Positions 9,684 through 22,356 are shown, counted from the first letter of the stretch. The stretch is DNA of 64,000 nucleotides from Limnohabitans sp. (GCF_031538885.1 NZ_JAVKLW010000053.1:25158-89157); one strand, 5' to 3'. A program made the numbers and translations. The notes: generated by a model not told the origin, from the letters alone.

Positions 9684-12600
9684 ATGCCTAAGCGCACCGA
9701 CCTAAAAAGCATTCTCATCATTGGCGCAGGCCCGATCATCATTGGTCAGGCCTGCGAATTTGATTACTCTGGCGTGCAAGCTTGCAAAGCTTTGCGTGAA
9801 GAGGGCTACAAGGTCATCTTGATCAACAGCAACCCAGCCACGATCATGACCGACCCTGCCACGGCCGACGTCACCTACATCGAGCCCATCACGTGGCAAA
9901 CGGTGGAGAGGATCATTGCCAAAGAGCGTCCCGACGCCATCTTGCCTACGATGGGCGGCCAAACTGCGCTCAATTGTGCGTTGGACTTGTGGCACCACGG
10001 CGTGCTGGCCAAGTACAAGGTGGAGCTGATTGGCGCCACGCCTGAGGCCATCGACAAAGCCGAAGACCGCTTGAAGTTCAAAGACGCCATGACCAAGATT
10101 GGTTTGGGTTCTGCGCGTTCAGGCATTGCGCACAGCATGGGTGAGGCTTGGGATGTGCAAAAAAGTTTGGGCTTCCCCACCGTCATTCGCCCCAGCTTCA
10201 CGCTGGGTGGCACGGGTGGCGGCATTGCCTACAACCCCGAAGAGTTTGAAATCATCTGCAAGCGCGGTTTGGAAGCTTCGCCCACCAACGAGTTGTTGAT
10301 TGAAGAATCTTTGCTCGGCTGGAAAGAGTACGAGATGGAAGTGGTGCGCGACAAGGCGGACAACTGCATCATCGTTTGCTCGATCGAAAACTTGGACCCG
10401 ATGGGCGTGCACACGGGCGACTCCATCACCGTGGCTCCTGCGCAAACCTTGACTGACAAGGAGTACCAAATCTTGCGTAACGCCTCATTGGCGGTGTTGC
10501 GCGAAATCGGTGTGGACACAGGCGGCTCAAACGTGCAGTTCTCCATCAACCCCAAAGATGGCCGCATGGTGGTCATTGAGATGAATCCACGCGTGTCGCG
10601 CTCATCTGCGTTGGCTTCCAAAGCCACGGGTTTCCCGATTGCCAAAGTCGCCGCCAAGTTGGCGGTGGGTTACACCCTCGACGAGCTGCGCAACGACATC
10701 ACGGGCGGTGCAACGCCTGCGTCGTTCGAACCCTCGATTGACTACGTCGTCACCAAGATTCCACGTTTCGCGTTTGAAAAATTCCCAACGGCTGACAGCC
10801 GCTTGACCACCCAAATGAAATCGGTGGGCGAGGTGATGGCCATGGGCCGCACTTTCCAAGAGTCCTTCCAAAAAGCTTTGCGCGGTTTGGAAGTGGGCGT
10901 GGACGGCATGAACGAAAAAACCCAAGACCGCGAAGTGCTGGAAAAAGAACTGGGTGAGCCTGGTCCCGAGCGCATTTGGTACGTGGGCGATGCCTTCGCC
11001 ATGGGCCTGAGTGTGGACGAGGTGTGTGCGCTGACCAAGATCGACCCTTGGTTCTTGGTGCAAATCGAAGAGATCGTGAAGATTGAGCTGGAACTCGAAA
11101 CCACCTCACTCGACGTCATCGCTGCCCATGAGTTGCGTGCTTTGAAAAAGAAGGGCTTCTCCGACCGCCGTTTGGCCAAGTTGCTCAAGACCACCGAGCA
11201 TGTGGTGCGCGCACGTCGCCATGAACTCAACATTCGCCCCGTCTACAAGCGCGTGGACACCTGTGCGGCCGAGTTCTCGACCGATACCGCTTACATGTAC
11301 TCCTGCTACGAAGGCAACGGCGATGCTTTCGGCATGGGCAACGGCGAATGTGAGGCCGACCCCACGAACAACAAAAAAATCATGGTGCTCGGCGGCGGTC
11401 CTAATCGCATTGGCCAAGGCATTGAGTTTGACTACTGCTGCGTTCACGCCGCACTCGCCATGCGCGAAGACGGCTATGAAACCATCATGGTCAACTGCAA
11501 CCCAGAGACCGTGTCCACCGACTACGACACCTCGGACCGTTTGTACTTTGAGCCTTTGACGCTCGAAGACGTGCTCGAGATCGTCGCCAAAGAAAAGCCC
11601 ACGGGCGTGATCGTGCAATACGGCGGTCAAACGCCTTTGAAGTTGGCGCTCGGCTTGGAGGCGGCGGGCGTGCCCATTATCGGCACCAGCCCAGACATGA
11701 TTGATGCAGCCGAAGACCGTGAGCGTTTCCAAAAGTTGTTGCAAAACCTCGGCCTGCGTCAACCGCCGAACGCCACGGCCCGTACCGAACCAGAAGCTTT
11801 GGAAAAAGCAGCCGCCTTGGGCTATCCCCTCGTGGTGCGTCCCAGCTATGTGTTGGGTGGCCGCGCCATGGAAATCGTGCACGAACAACGCGACTTAGAG
11901 CGCTACATGCGCGAAGCGGTCAAGGTGTCGCACGACTCGCCTGTGTTGCTCGACCGTTTCTTGAACGATGCGATTGAGTGTGATGTGGATTGCCTGCGTG
12001 ACCCCGAAGGCAAGACCTTCATTGGTGGCGTGATGGAGCACATCGAACAAGCCGGCGTGCACAGCGGTGACTCGGCTTGCTCATTGCCGCCTTACTCTTT
12101 GTCCGCTGAAACAGTGGCTGAACTCAAGCGTCAATCTGCCGCGATGGCCGGTGCGTTGAACGTGGTCGGTTTGATGAATGTGCAGTTCGCGATTCAACAC
12201 GTGGACGGCAAAGACGTCATCTATGTGCTGGAAGTCAACCCACGCGCCTCACGCACTGTTCCTTACGTGTCTAAAGCCACGGGCATTCAATTGGCCAAGG
12301 TTGCTGCACGTTGTATGGCGGGTCAAACCCTCGCCTCACAAGGCATCACCCAAGAAGTCACGCCACCTTATTTCAGTGTGAAAGAAGCGGTGTTCCCCTT
12401 CGTGAAGTTCCCTGGCGTGGACACCATCCTTGGCCCAGAGATGAAGTCCACTGGCGAAGTCATGGGTGTGGGCAAAACATTTGGCGAAGCCTTTGTGAAG
12501 AGCCAATTGGGCGCAGGCACCAAATTGCCTCGTCCACGTGATGCCGATGGTCGATCCACCGGCAAAGTGTTCATTTCGGTGAAGAACAACGACAAGCCAC

Positions 12601-12965
12601 GCGCCATTGAAGTGGCGCGTCAGTTGGCCGTCATGGGCTTTGAATTGATTGCCACCAAAGGCACCGCGTCAGCGATTCAAGAGGCCTGTGTGTCTTGTGA
12701 TGTGGTGAACAAAGTGACAGAAGGCCGTCCCCACATCGTAGATGCCATCAAAAACAACGAAGTGGTGTTGGTCATCAACACCGTGGAAGAGCGTCGCAAC
12801 GCGATTGCCGATTCCCGCCACATTCGCACCTCGGCATTGCTCAACCGTGTGACCACCTTCACCACCATCGCAGGCGCAGAAGCGGCTGTGGAAGGCATGA
12901 AGTACATGGACAAATTGGATGTCATTTCCGTGCAGGAAATGCACGCTCAGTTGACGGCTAACTAA
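9684..12965 (+). CDS. carB: Carbamoyl-phosphate synthase large subunit
   Basis: [30 protein letters not shown], duplicated ATP-grasp domains, C-terminal MGS domain. Confidence 0.98.
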   Translation: MPKRTDLKSILIIGAGPIIIGQACEFDYSGVQACKALREEGYKVILINSNPATIMTDPATADVTYIEPITWQTVERIIAKERPDAILPTMGGQTALNCALDLWHHGVLAKYKVELIGATPEAIDKAEDRLKFKDAMTKIGLGSARSGIAHSMGEAWDVQKSLGFPTVIRPSFTLGGTGGGIAYNPEEFEIICKRGLEASPTNELLIEESLLGWKEYEMEVVRDKADNCIIVCSIENLDPMGVHTGDSITVAPAQTLTDKEYQILRNASLAVLREIGVDTGGSNVQFSINPKDGRMVVIEMNPRVSRSSALASKATGFPIAKVAAKLAVGYTLDELRNDITGGATPASFEPSIDYVVTKIPRFAFEKFPTADSRLTTQMKSVGEVMAMGRTFQESFQKALRGLEVGVDGMNEKTQDREVLEKELGEPGPERIWYVGDAFAMGLSVDEVCALTKIDPWFLVQIEEIVKIELELETTSLDVIAAHELRALKKKGFSDRRLAKLLKTTEHVVRARRHELNIRPVYKRVDTCAAEFSTDTAYMYSCYEGNGDAFGMGNGECEADPTNNKKIMVLGGGPNRIGQGIEFDYCCVHAALAMREDGYETIMVNCNPETVSTDYDTSDRLYFEPLTLEDVLEIVAKEKPTGVIVQYGGQTPLKLALGLEAAGVPIIGTSPDMIDAAEDRERFQKLLQNLGLRQPPNATARTEPEALEKAAALGYPLVVRPSYVLGGRAMEIVHEQRDLERYMREAVKVSHDSPVLLDRFLNDAIECDVDCLRDPEGKTFIGGVMEHIEQAGVHSGDSACSLPPYSLSAETVAELKRQSAAMAGALNVVGLMNVQFAIQHVDGKDVIYVLEVNPRASRTVPYVSKATGIQLAKVAARCMAGQTLASQGITQEVTPPYFSVKEAVFPFVKFPGVDTILGPEMKSTGEVMGVGKTFGEAFVKSQLGAGTKLPRPRDADGRSTGKVFISVKNNDKPRAIEVARQLAVMGFELIATKGTASAIQEACVSCDVVNKVTEGRPHIVDAIKNNEVVLVINTVEERRNAIADSRHIRTSALLNRVTTFTTIAGAEAAVEGMKYMDKLDVISVQEMHAQLTAN

Positions 12966-12981
12966 GAAGGCTGAAGGACAC

Positions 12982-13461
12982 ATGATGAGTACAGTTCCCA
13001 TCACCAAGCGTGGCGCAGAGAAGCTCAAGGATGAGTTGCATAAACTCAAAACCATCGAGCGTCCCTCCGTCATTGCTGCGATTGCCGAAGCCCGTGCCCA
13101 AGGCGACTTGAGTGAAAACGCTGAATACGATGCAGCCAAAGACCGTCAGGGTTTCATTGAAGGCCGCATTCAAGAAATTGAAGGTAAGTTGTCGGTGGCC
13201 CAAGTCATTGACCCTACATCGCTCGATGCAGGTGGTCGTGTGGTGTTTGGCGCGACCGTGGCATTGGAAGACGAAGACTCGGGTGACAAAGTGACTTACC
13301 AAATCGTGGGCGAAGACGAAGCCGATTTGAAGCTCGGCCTCATCAACATCAGCAGCCCGATTGCCCGTGCCTTGATTGGCAAGGAAGAGGGCGATGTCGC
13401 TGAAGTGCAAGCCCCAGGTGGTGTGAAGCACTACGAAGTGGTCAAAGTCTCTTACCTCTAA
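12982..13461 (+). CDS. greA: Transcription elongation factor GreA
   Basis: [29 protein letters not shown]. Confidence 0.97.
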   Translation: MMSTVPITKRGAEKLKDELHKLKTIERPSVIAAIAEARAQGDLSENAEYDAAKDRQGFIEGRIQEIEGKLSVAQVIDPTSLDAGGRVVFGATVALEDEDSGDKVTYQIVGEDEADLKLGLINISSPIARALIGKEEGDVAEVQAPGGVKHYEVVKVSYL

Positions 13462-13469
13462 AGCCATAC

Positions 13470-13904
13470 ATGGCGCGGCTACAAGTCTTTTTAGCGGCGC
13501 TGTGGTGGGGGAGCCTGTGTTGCGTTGGGTTCATGGTGGTGCCCCTGTTGTTTGTGCACCTTGAAACCCCTGCTATTGCGGGACAAATGGCGGCTAAGTT
13601 GTTCACCGCGCAGTCTTGGTTGTCGCTGGTCTGTGGTTTGCTGCTTTTGTTGGCGGCCCAGCGTCAAAGCCGAGACACAACCAACACCCCCTCACCTTGG
13701 GTGATTGGCGGCATGTTGTGTGCGTTGTTGATTGAAATGGTGGTGAAGCCCCACATCGTGGCCCGTGACAACATGGCGTTGTGGCACAACTTCGGGTCTG
13801 CGTTGTATGTGGCACAGTGGCTGTGCGCTACGAAGGTGCTTTGGGCCTTGTGCCCCGTCAAGTTCGAACCTGCTGAGTCAGCAGACTCAGCGCAAAACGA
13901 TTAA
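13470..13904 (+). CDS. DUF4149 membrane protein
   Basis: Four hydrophobic segments, VVPLLF, AGQMAAKLF; conserved position after greA. Confidence 0.75.
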   Translation: MARLQVFLAALWWGSLCCVGFMVVPLLFVHLETPAIAGQMAAKLFTAQSWLSLVCGLLLLLAAQRQSRDTTNTPSPWVIGGMLCALLIEMVVKPHIVARDNMALWHNFGSALYVAQWLCATKVLWALCPVKFEPAESADSAQND

Positions 13905-14374
13905 CCCAAAGTACGTTTTTTGACCGAAATCTTTTTCGGTTTGGCGCGTTTGACCTGACCACCCGATGTGAGGCGTTGGTTGCCCAAGACGCGCAAAGTT
14001 TTGACCTCTGGGCGTTGACCGCCACGGCTGCTGTACTTGAGCACCTTCACATCGCGAGGACCAGCCATGCGGTCTTCGTCGGCAGTGCGTTCTTTCTCAG
14101 CGCGTGGACGCCACAGCACAAACAGCTTGCCAATGTGTTGAATGGGCGCGGCGTTGAGTTGATCGGCCAAAGCCACAAACATGGCTTCGCGTGCTTGGCG
14201 GTCGTCGCCTAGCACGCGGATTTTGATGAGGCCGTGTGCGTTGAGCGCCATCTCGGCTTCTTTGAGGACGGCGGGGGTTAAACCATCGTTACCGATCATG
14301 ACCACAGGGTCTAAATGGTGCGCTTCGGCGCGGTGAATTTTGCGTTGAGCAGGTGTGAGTTGTATTGCAGACAT
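13901..14374 (-). CDS. yhbY: YhbY/CRM-domain RNA-binding protein
   Basis: AHHLDPVVMIGNDGLT, HGLIKIRV, QHIGKLFVLWR; start set at ATG 14374. Confidence 0.92.
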   Translation of the reverse strand: MSAIQLTPAQRKIHRAEAHHLDPVVMIGNDGLTPAVLKEAEMALNAHGLIKIRVLGDDRQAREAMFVALADQLNAAPIQHIGKLFVLWRPRAEKERTADEDRMAGPRDVKVLKYSSRGGQRPEVKTLRVLGNQRLTSGGQVKRAKPKKISVKKRTLG

Positions 14375-14420
14375 ACAGGTATTATCCCCGCTCGCTGCGG
14401 TGGACGTATAAAGGGTTGAA

Positions 14421-15095
14421 TTGAAAGCTAAAACTAAAAGCAAAAAGGTGAATAAAACATGGTTGAACGACCATGTGAACGACACCTACGTCAAGCTGGC
14501 ACAGCGAGAGGGCTATCGCGCACGTGCAGCCTACAAGCTCAAAGAAATTGACGAGCAGCTCAACCTCATCAAGCCCGGCAACGTGGTGGTGGATTTGGGG
14601 TGTGCGCCGGGTGCGTGGTGTCAGTACTTGCGTCGCCGCATGTCGCCCACAGGGGCGGCATCGGGTACGTTGAACGGCACCATCATCGGCTTGGACATTT
14701 TGCCCATGATGCCTGTGGAGGATGTCACCTTCATCCAGGGCGACTTTCGTGAGGAGGCTGTCTTGGCGCAACTCGAAGCCGCCTTGCAAGGCCGTGTTGT
14801 CGATGTGGTGGTGTCTGACATGGCCCCCAACTTGTCTGGCATTGGCTCAACCGATGCCACGCGCATTGCGCATTTGATTGAGTTGGCAGTGGACTTTGCG
14901 CAAAAGCATTTGAAAGACGATGGCACTTTGGTGGTCAAGCTGTTTCATGGCAGTGGCTACAGCGACTTGGTGAATCTTTTCAAAACGACATTCCGCGTGG
15001 TCAAACCCATCAAGCCAAAGGCGAGCCGCGACAAATCAAGTGAAACCTTTTTGGTTGGCATGGGCGTGAAAAGTCGCGTTTCGGTAAATCCTTGA
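14421..15095 (+). CDS. rlmE: 23S rRNA Um2552 methyltransferase RlmE (FtsJ)
   Basis: [42 protein letters not shown]. Confidence 0.96.
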   Translation: MKAKTKSKKVNKTWLNDHVNDTYVKLAQREGYRARAAYKLKEIDEQLNLIKPGNVVVDLGCAPGAWCQYLRRRMSPTGAASGTLNGTIIGLDILPMMPVEDVTFIQGDFREEAVLAQLEAALQGRVVDVVVSDMAPNLSGIGSTDATRIAHLIELAVDFAQKHLKDDGTLVVKLFHGSGYSDLVNLFKTTFRVVKPIKPKASRDKSSETFLVGMGVKSRVSVNP

Positions 15096-15201
15096 GATTC
15101 ATAAGGCCGCTGCCCAAGAATAAAGCGGCACAGGTACTTGAAACGCCTAAAATCAAGCCCATCTCAGTACATCTCGTACTCTTTTTATTTCGGAGCCCAC
15201 A

Positions 15202-17115
15202 TTGAACAATCAATGGTTCTCAAAAGTCGCTGTTTGGTTGGTCATCGCTTTGGTGATGTTTACCGTGTTCAAACAGTTTGAAACACGCCCAGGCGCAGGC
15301 TCTGGTTATTTGGGCTATTCGGACTTTCTTGAAGAAGTTCGTGCCAAACGCATCAAAACGGCGACCATTCAAGAAGGTCAAGGCGGCACAGAAATCACGG
15401 CGGTCACCAACGATGAACGCAAAATTCGCACAACGGCCACTTACCTTGACCGTGGTTTGGTGGGCGACCTCATTGCCAATGGTGTGAAGTTTGACGTCAA
15501 GCCTCGCGAAGAGGGATCACTTCTCATGACCTTGCTGATCAGCTGGGGCCCCATGTTGCTCTTGATTGGTGTGTGGGTGTACTTCATGCGCCAGATGCAA
15601 GGCGGTGGCAAAGGCGGTGCTTTCAGCTTTGGCAAGAGCAAAGCGCGCATGTTGGATGAGAACAACAACCAAGTCACTTTTGCGGACGTGGCTGGTTGCG
15701 ATGAAGCAAAAGAAGAAGTCAAAGAAGTCGTGGACTTCTTGAAAGACCCTCAGCGATTCCAAAAACTGGGGGGGCGTATCCCTCGCGGCTTGTTGTTGGT
15801 CGGCCCTCCTGGTACTGGTAAAACATTGCTGGCCAAGGGTATTGCCGGCGAAGCCAAAGTGCCGTTCTTCAGCATTTCTGGTTCTGACTTTGTGGAGATG
15901 TTTGTCGGCGTGGGGGCAGCCCGCGTGCGCGACATGTTTGAAAACGCCAAGAAGAACGCTCCATGCATTGTTTTCATTGACGAGATTGATGCCGTGGGTC
16001 GCCAGCGTGGTGCCGGTGTGGGCGGCGGCAACGACGAACGTGAACAAACCTTGAACCAAATGTTGGTCGAGATGGATGGCTTCGAAACCAACCTCGGTGT
16101 GATCGTGGTGGCTGCGACCAACCGCCCCGATATTTTGGATGCGGCGCTGTTGCGTCCTGGGCGCTTTGACCGTCAAGTGTATGTGACCTTGCCTGACATC
16201 CGTGGCCGTGAACAAATTTTGAATGTGCACATGCGCAAAGTGCCGATTGGGCAAGACGTTAATCCCAGCGTGATTGCACGCGGTACACCTGGCATGAGTG
16301 GTGCGGACTTGGCTAACTTGTGCAACGAGGCGGCTTTGATGGCCGCACGTCGCAACGCCCGCGTGGTGGAGATGGTCGATTTCGAAAAAGCCAAAGACAA
16401 AATTTTGATGGGCCCCGAGCGCAAGAGCATGGTGATGCCTGAAGAGGAGCGTCGCAACACGGCGTACCACGAGTCTGGCCACGCGCTGATTGGCAAGCTT
16501 TTGCCCAAGTGTGACCCTGTTCATAAGGTCACCATCATTCCGCGTGGTCGCGCCCTTGGCGTGACCATGAGCTTGCCTGAGAAAGACCGCTACAGCTACG
16601 ACCGCGACTACATGCTCAACCAAATCAGCATGTTGTTTGGCGGCCGTATTGCTGAAGAAGTGTTCATGCACCAAATGACTACGGGTGCCAGCAACGACTT
16701 TGAGCGTGCGACTTCCATCGCCCGTGACATGGTGACGCGTTACGGAATGACCGAAGCCTTAGGCCCTATGGTGTACGCTGAAAACGAAGGTGAAGTGTTC
16801 TTGGGCCGCTCGGTCACAAAGACCACCAGCATGTCGGAAGCCACCATGCAAAAAGTGGATGTAGAAGTGCGTCGCATCATCGACATGCAATACGACTTGG
16901 CCCGTCGCTTGATTGAAGACAACGCCGACAAGATGCACACCATGGCCAAAGCTTTGCTCGAATGGGAAACCATCGACAAAGAACAAATCGACGACATCAT
17001 GGAAGGCCGTCAACCACGTTCTCCCAAAGATTGGACACCACGCACCCCTTCTGGCGGTGACAGCGGTGGAGGCACCCCTGCGGTGCAACCAGACCCTTCC
17101 CCCTCAGCCGCTTAA
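15202..17115 (+). CDS. ftsH: ATP-dependent zinc metalloprotease FtsH
   Basis: [22 protein letters not shown] zinc motif, TGASND. Confidence 0.98.
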   Translation: MNNQWFSKVAVWLVIALVMFTVFKQFETRPGAGSGYLGYSDFLEEVRAKRIKTATIQEGQGGTEITAVTNDERKIRTTATYLDRGLVGDLIANGVKFDVKPREEGSLLMTLLISWGPMLLLIGVWVYFMRQMQGGGKGGAFSFGKSKARMLDENNNQVTFADVAGCDEAKEEVKEVVDFLKDPQRFQKLGGRIPRGLLLVGPPGTGKTLLAKGIAGEAKVPFFSISGSDFVEMFVGVGAARVRDMFENAKKNAPCIVFIDEIDAVGRQRGAGVGGGNDEREQTLNQMLVEMDGFETNLGVIVVAATNRPDILDAALLRPGRFDRQVYVTLPDIRGREQILNVHMRKVPIGQDVNPSVIARGTPGMSGADLANLCNEAALMAARRNARVVEMVDFEKAKDKILMGPERKSMVMPEEERRNTAYHESGHALIGKLLPKCDPVHKVTIIPRGRALGVTMSLPEKDRYSYDRDYMLNQISMLFGGRIAEEVFMHQMTTGASNDFERATSIARDMVTRYGMTEALGPMVYAENEGEVFLGRSVTKTTSMSEATMQKVDVEVRRIIDMQYDLARRLIEDNADKMHTMAKALLEWETIDKEQIDDIMEGRQPRSPKDWTPRTPSGGDSGGGTPAVQPDPSPSAA

Positions 17116-17139
17116 TAAAGTGGCTGGCTAAAACCGAAG

Positions 17140-17162
17140 ACGGGGCGCAAGCCCCGTTTTTC
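17140..17162 (+). terminator. Intrinsic terminator after ftsH
   Basis: ACGGGGC-GCAA-GCCCCGT followed by a T run. Confidence 0.8.
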
Positions 17163-17173
17163 ATGGAGCATTT

Positions 17174-17998
17174 ATGTTTTGGCAAACCTCACGCTTTCGC
17201 ATGGACCTGTCGCAACCACAGGTCATGGGCATCGTCAATGTCACGCCAGACTCCTTCTCGGATGGTGGGCAACATGCCACGACGCGTGCAGCTTTGGCGC
17301 ACTGCGAACAGTTGCTCAAAGATGGCGCGCAGATCTTGGACATCGGGGGGGAGTCCACTCGCCCTGGTGCGCCTGCGGTGTCGCTCGAAGACGAATTGGC
17401 CCGCGTCTTACCCGTGGTGCGCGAGGCGGTGCGCTTGAATGTGCCGATCTCGATTGACACTTACAAACCTGCGCTCATGCAAGCGGTGTTGGATGCAGGA
17501 GCGGACATCATCAACGACGTGTGGGCACTCCGCCAAGCAGGTGCGCAGCAAGTGGTGGCGGCACATGCCCGTTGCGGTGTGTGCTTGATGCACATGCATG
17601 GCGAACCTCAAACCATGCAAACTTTGCCGATGGATGGCACAGCCATTCAACCTGTGCTTGCCTTCTTGAAGCACCAGGCACAAGCTTTGCAAGCCTTGGG
17701 TGTGGCGCATGAGCGCATCGCACTCGATCCTGGTGTTGGTTTTGGAAAAACTGTGGCGCAAAACTTCGAGTTGTTGACGCATCAAGAATCATTGCTCGCT
17801 TTGGGCTATCCCTTGCTGGTGGGGTGGTCGCGTAAATCGTCTCTCGGCGCGGTGACTGGTTGTGAGGTTGCTGACCGCATGGTGCCCAGCGTGGCAGCTG
17901 CGCTGCTGGCGGTGGAGCGCGGCGCACACTTGGTGCGTGTGCACGATGTAGCGCAGACGGTGCAAGCGCTGAAAGTTTGGCAGGCTGCACGAGTTTGA
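17174..17998 (+). CDS. folP: Dihydropteroate synthase
   Basis: MGIVNVTPDSFSDGG, DIGGESTRPG, DPGVGFGK, SRKS, VRVHDV. Confidence 0.97.
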   Translation: MFWQTSRFRMDLSQPQVMGIVNVTPDSFSDGGQHATTRAALAHCEQLLKDGAQILDIGGESTRPGAPAVSLEDELARVLPVVREAVRLNVPISIDTYKPALMQAVLDAGADIINDVWALRQAGAQQVVAAHARCGVCLMHMHGEPQTMQTLPMDGTAIQPVLAFLKHQAQALQALGVAHERIALDPGVGFGKTVAQNFELLTHQESLLALGYPLLVGWSRKSSLGAVTGCEVADRMVPSVAAALLAVERGAHLVRVHDVAQTVQALKVWQAARV

Positions 17999-18055
17999 GA
18001 CAATGTATGCACAGCGATAGACAATCAAAAAAATAACACCAAGGCAAAACAGACA

Positions 18056-19387
18056 ATGACGCGCAAATATTTTGGAACAGACGGCATTCGTGGCACGGTG
18101 GGCCAAGCGCCCATCACGCCAGATTTTGTGTTGCGCTTGGCGCATGCCGTGGGCCGTGTACTCAAAAAAACTGAGGCGCACCCGACCGTGTTGATTGGCA
18201 AGGACACGCGTATTTCAGGCTATATGTTGGAGTCAGCCTTAGAGTCCGGCTTCAACTCAGCGGGTGTGAACGTGGTGTTGCTGGGGCCATTGCCCACACC
18301 GGGGGTGGCCTACCTCACGCGTGCGCAGCGTGCGAGCTTGGGCGTGGTTATCAGCGCTAGTCATAACCCGTTTGCAGACAACGGCATCAAGTTTTTCAGC
18401 GCCCAAGGCAATAAATTGAGTGATGCATGGGAACTGGCGGTGGAAGCTGTCTTGGATGAACAGCCTGTGTGGGTGGACTCTGCGAACCTCGGTAAAACCA
18501 AACGCTTGGACGATGCCGCAGGTCGCTACATTGAGTTTTGCAAAAGTACGTTCTCTAACGACCTCACGCTCAAAGGTTTGAAAATTGTGGTCGATGCTGC
18601 ACACGGTGCGGCGTATCACATCGCGCCCAAAGTGTTTCACGAGTTGGGTGCTGATGTGATTGCCATTGGTTGCAGTCCCGATGGATTGAACATCAACCAT
18701 GAGGTGGGCGCGACCCATCCTGATGCCTTGGTACGTGCCGTCAAAGCCAACCATGCGGACTTTGGCATTGCCTTGGATGGTGATGCGGACCGTTTGCAAA
18801 TGGTCGATGCACAGGGGCGTCTCTACAACGGTGACGAACTGCTTTACTTGATGGCCGACGATCGTTTGGCGAACGACGAAGTCGTGCCAGGCGTGGTGGG
18901 CACCTTGATGACCAACATGGCCGTCGAAGTCGCGTTGAAAAAACGTGGCGTGCAGTTTGTGCGCGCCAGGGTGGGGGACCGCTACGTGCTCGAAGAACTG
19001 GCCAAGCACCAGTGGATTTTGGGCGGTGAGGGCTCCGGCCACTTGCTAGCCTTAGACAAGCACACCACTGGCGATGGTTTGGTGAGTGCCTTGCAGATTT
19101 TGCAAACCTGTGTGCGCAGCGGTCGTGCCATGGCTGACTTGCTCAAAGACGTCACACTGTTTCCGCAAACTCTTATCAACGTGCGCTTACGTCCCGGCCA
19201 AGATTGGCAGTCCAACTTGTGCATGAAAGAAGAAGTGCAAAAAGCTGAAGCCGAATTGGGTGACACAGGCCGTGTGTTGATTCGTGCCAGCGGCACCGAG
19301 CCTTTGGTGCGTGTGATGGTGGAGGCACGCGACGAAGCGCAAGCCAATGCGTGTGCCAAGCGCATCGCAGAGACCTTGTCCACTTAA
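18056..19387 (+). CDS. glmM: Phosphoglucosamine mutase
   Basis: [29 protein letters not shown]. Confidence 0.97.
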   Translation: MTRKYFGTDGIRGTVGQAPITPDFVLRLAHAVGRVLKKTEAHPTVLIGKDTRISGYMLESALESGFNSAGVNVVLLGPLPTPGVAYLTRAQRASLGVVISASHNPFADNGIKFFSAQGNKLSDAWELAVEAVLDEQPVWVDSANLGKTKRLDDAAGRYIEFCKSTFSNDLTLKGLKIVVDAAHGAAYHIAPKVFHELGADVIAIGCSPDGLNINHEVGATHPDALVRAVKANHADFGIALDGDADRLQMVDAQGRLYNGDELLYLMADDRLANDEVVPGVVGTLMTNMAVEVALKKRGVQFVRARVGDRYVLEELAKHQWILGGEGSGHLLALDKHTTGDGLVSALQILQTCVRSGRAMADLLKDVTLFPQTLINVRLRPGQDWQSNLCMKEEVQKAEAELGDTGRVLIRASGTEPLVRVMVEARDEAQANACAKRIAETLST

Positions 19388-19416
19388 GATCAGGGGGTGT
19401 GCGCTGGCGGTGACCG

Positions 19417-20322
19417 TCAGCAATCCGCTTCTTTTTGTTGAATCAGCCAGTCTTTGAAATGCCGCCAGATTTCGCGGGGTGGCGCGATGTGCGGTTCTAT
19501 CAAGTAATAAGCCCGCAAGCCAGTTAAAGGGCGGTTGCAGGCCACCACCAAGTCGCCACTAGTGAGTTCATTTGAAATCAACAAAGTGGGAATGAGCGAG
19601 ATGCCTAAGCCACAGCGGGCGGCGGCGACTTGCATGGAAAAAAGCTCATACCGTGGGCCGGTCATAGCGCGGGGGGCATCGACACCTTGTGCCTCAAACC
19701 ACTGTCGCCAAGCTTCGGGACGGGTGGACTGTTGCAACAAGGGCATGTGCAGCAGTTGCGACGGGGTCAGGGGTTGTTTTTTTTTCAGCAGCGCAGGACT
19801 GCAAACGGGAATCACTGTTTCATTAAACAGTTTGGTCGCCAGCGTGCCTGCCCACTGGAGCACTTGAGCGGGCGTGCCAGCATACAAGGCCGCGTCCATC
19901 CCTGAGTCACTGAACATGAAGGGTCGTGTGCGGGTTTCAATGTGAATTTGATTTTGCGGAAAAGCCTGTGTGAAGGACGGCAAGCGAGGGATGAGCCAAC
20001 GCGAGGCCAGCGTGGGTACAGCGGCCAGTGTCAGACTTTCGTTCTGGCCTTGTGCGCCCATGACATCGAGGGTGTCACGCTCCAAGGCATCGAGGCGCTT
20101 ATTCACCTTCCGTGCGTAGTCTTGTCCCGCGGCTGTGAGTTGCATGCCATGTTGCCCACGTTTGAATAAGGTGACGCCCAGCATGTCCTCGAGCGCCGCC
20201 ACTTGGCGCGAGACGGCACCTTGCGTCAAGGCGAGCTCTTGTCCAGCTTTGGTGAAGCTGGTGTGGCGAGCGGCGGCTTCAAAGCAGATGAGGGATTGGG
20301 TGGAGGGGAGCTTGCGTCGCAT
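19417..20322 (-). CDS. LysR-family regulator (GcvA-like), divergent from the fdh genes
   Basis: LPSTQSLICFEAAARHTSFTKAGQELALTQGAVSRQV HTH; start set at ATG 20322. Confidence 0.92.
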   Translation of the reverse strand: MRRKLPSTQSLICFEAAARHTSFTKAGQELALTQGAVSRQVAALEDMLGVTLFKRGQHGMQLTAAGQDYARKVNKRLDALERDTLDVMGAQGQNESLTLAAVPTLASRWLIPRLPSFTQAFPQNQIHIETRTRPFMFSDSGMDAALYAGTPAQVLQWAGTLATKLFNETVIPVCSPALLKKKQPLTPSQLLHMPLLQQSTRPEAWRQWFEAQGVDAPRAMTGPRYELFSMQVAAARCGLGISLIPTLLISNELTSGDLVVACNRPLTGLRAYYLIEPHIAPPREIWRHFKDWLIQQKEADC

Positions 20323-20634
20323 GGAGAAACTTGGATGGGGAATACTCAGATAATACAAAATGCATGACTGGGTGATAAGCAATCGTTTGCGCATTTCATA
20401 CCTAGCGCGTTTGTTTTGCGGTATGACGATGAATCGACGGATCACCCGCGATTCGATGAATGACAGCAAGGAAGAAACTGGAGTCAGCTAACCTTGCAAA
20501 CCTCGGACTTCTGGAGTTTAGATTGGTACGGGAATTGGGGGCAGGTCACGACAGCATGCCGTCGCTGAGGTGCATCATTTGGTGTTCCTTGGATTTTCAG
20601 GGTATCGTATCTGTTGATACTTGTTTTCTGTCCC

Positions 20635-22356
20635 ATGAACCATTCAGCTTCCCGTCCTTTTCCCCCCAGCGTCGTTGTCGCCACGGTCGATCAACTGCGC
20701 GAAACAATTCGTCGTAAAGGTCAGCTCAAAGGCCGACAAGCCGATGATGTGTCATTGCAAAAGGTGCTCGCCTTGATTGGCGAAGCCCCGCATCGCCGTG
20801 ATTTGCTGATTGAGCATTTACACAAACTCAACGATGCCTATCGTTGTTTGCATGACCGTCACTTGGTGGCCTTGGCCAAAGAGATGAAGCTGCCGATGGC
20901 GGAGGTGTTTGAAGTGGCCACGTTCTATCATCACTTCGAAGTCGTGCGTGGCGATGAAGCCGCACCCGGTTTGACCGTGCGTGTGTGCGATGGTTTGAGC
21001 TGTGAGCTGTCAGGTGCCAAACAATTGATAGAGAAGTTGCCCGCCTTGCTAGGCAATGCCGATGTGCGTGTGATTTCTGCGCCCTGCGTGGGCCGTTGCG
21101 AGCAAGCGCCTGTGGCCGTGGTGCATCAAAACCCTGTGCCACATGCCACACCAGAGTTGGTGGTGGCTGCAGTGAATGCCAAGCAAACCCATCAAGCCAT
21201 GACCGAGCATGTGGACTTGGATGCGTATGTGGCCGACGGCGGCTACCGCTTGCTTGCAGATTTGCACGCAGGCAAAGTAGAGACGGAGCAAGTGCTCAAG
21301 GCCATGGAAGACTCTGGCTTGCGCGGCTTGGGTGGCGCAGGTTTTCCGGCAGGGCGCAAATGGCGCATCGTGCGCGAACAACCCGCGCCACGTTTGATGG
21401 CCGTCAACATTGACGAAGGCGAACCCGGCACCTTCAAAGACCGCACTTACCTCGAGCGTGACCCACACCGTTTTTTAGAAGGCATGCTGGTGGCCGCGCA
21501 GGTGGTGGGCATCGACGCCATTTACATTTATTTGCGTGACGAGTACCACGGCTGCCGTGACTTGCTCACGCAAGCGTTGGCTCACTTACAAGCCAACCCA
21601 CCTTGCCCGTTGCCACACATCGAGTTGCGACGCGGTGCAGGTGCCTACATCTGCGGTGAAGAGTCCGCGATGATTGAAAGCATCGAAGGCAAACGCGGTG
21701 AGCCACGCATGCGCCCGCCCTACATTGCCCAAGTGGGTTTGTTTGGCAGGCCTACCTTGGAACATAACTTTGAAACCCTCTATTGGGTACGCGACATTGT
21801 GCAAAAAGGCGCAGATTGGTTTAGCGGTTTTGGCCGACACGGACGCAAAGGTTTGCGCAGTTTCAGTGTGAGTGGTCGCGTCAAACAACCCGGGGTCAAA
21901 CTGGCTCCTGCGGGCATCACCATCCAAGAGTTGATTGACGAGTATTGCGGTGGCATGCGTGACGGTCATGAGCTCTATGCCTATTTGCCCGGCGGAGCCT
22001 CGGGCGGCATCTTGCCCGCGCGCATGAACGACATTCCTTTGGACTTTGACACCTTGCAACCCTATGGCTGCTTCATTGGTTCAGCCGCTGTGATTGTGTT
22101 GAGCCAGCACGATTCAGCGCGCGATGCGGCCGTCAACATGATGAATTTTTTTGCGCACGAGAGCTGTGGCCAATGCACCCCGTGTCGTGTGGGCACTGCG
22201 AAAGCTGCACAACTGATGCAGGCCAAGGTGTGGGACAACACGACGTTGGAAGACTTGAATCAAGTGATGATCGACGCCTCCATTTGTGGTTTGGGTCAAG
22301 CTGCACCCAACCCTGTGCGTTGTGTGCAAAAGTACTTCCCAGAGGAGGTCGTTTAA
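20635..22356 (+). CDS. NAD-dependent formate dehydrogenase beta subunit (NuoE+NuoF-like fusion)
   Basis: 2Fe-2S motifs VCDGLSC and PCVGRC; GLRGLGGAGFP, DEGEPG, GAGAYICGEE, ESCGQCTPCR. Confidence 0.9.
   Translation: MNHSASRPFPPSVVVATVDQLRETIRRKGQLKGRQADDVSLQKVLALIGEAPHRRDLLIEHLHKLNDAYRCLHDRHLVALAKEMKLPMAEVFEVATFYHHFEVVRGDEAAPGLTVRVCDGLSCELSGAKQLIEKLPALLGNADVRVISAPCVGRCEQAPVAVVHQNPVPHATPELVVAAVNAKQTHQAMTEHVDLDAYVADGGYRLLADLHAGKVETEQVLKAMEDSGLRGLGGAGFPAGRKWRIVREQPAPRLMAVNIDEGEPGTFKDRTYLERDPHRFLEGMLVAAQVVGIDAIYIYLRDEYHGCRDLLTQALAHLQANPPCPLPHIELRRGAGAYICGEESAMIESIEGKRGEPRMRPPYIAQVGLFGRPTLEHNFETLYWVRDIVQKGADWFSGFGRHGRKGLRSFSVSGRVKQPGVKLAPAGITIQELIDEYCGGMRDGHELYAYLPGGASGGILPARMNDIPLDFDTLQPYGCFIGSAAVIVLSQHDSARDAAVNMMNFFAHESCGQCTPCRVGTAKAAQLMQAKVWDNTTLEDLNQVMIDASICGLGQAAPNPVRCVQKYFPEEVV

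Noticed and set aside
15517-16674. Long antisense ORFs over ftsH (likewise over carB, fdhA, fbp, pepN, argG)
   Set aside because: Shadow frames of GC-rich conserved genes, with no motifs or RBS
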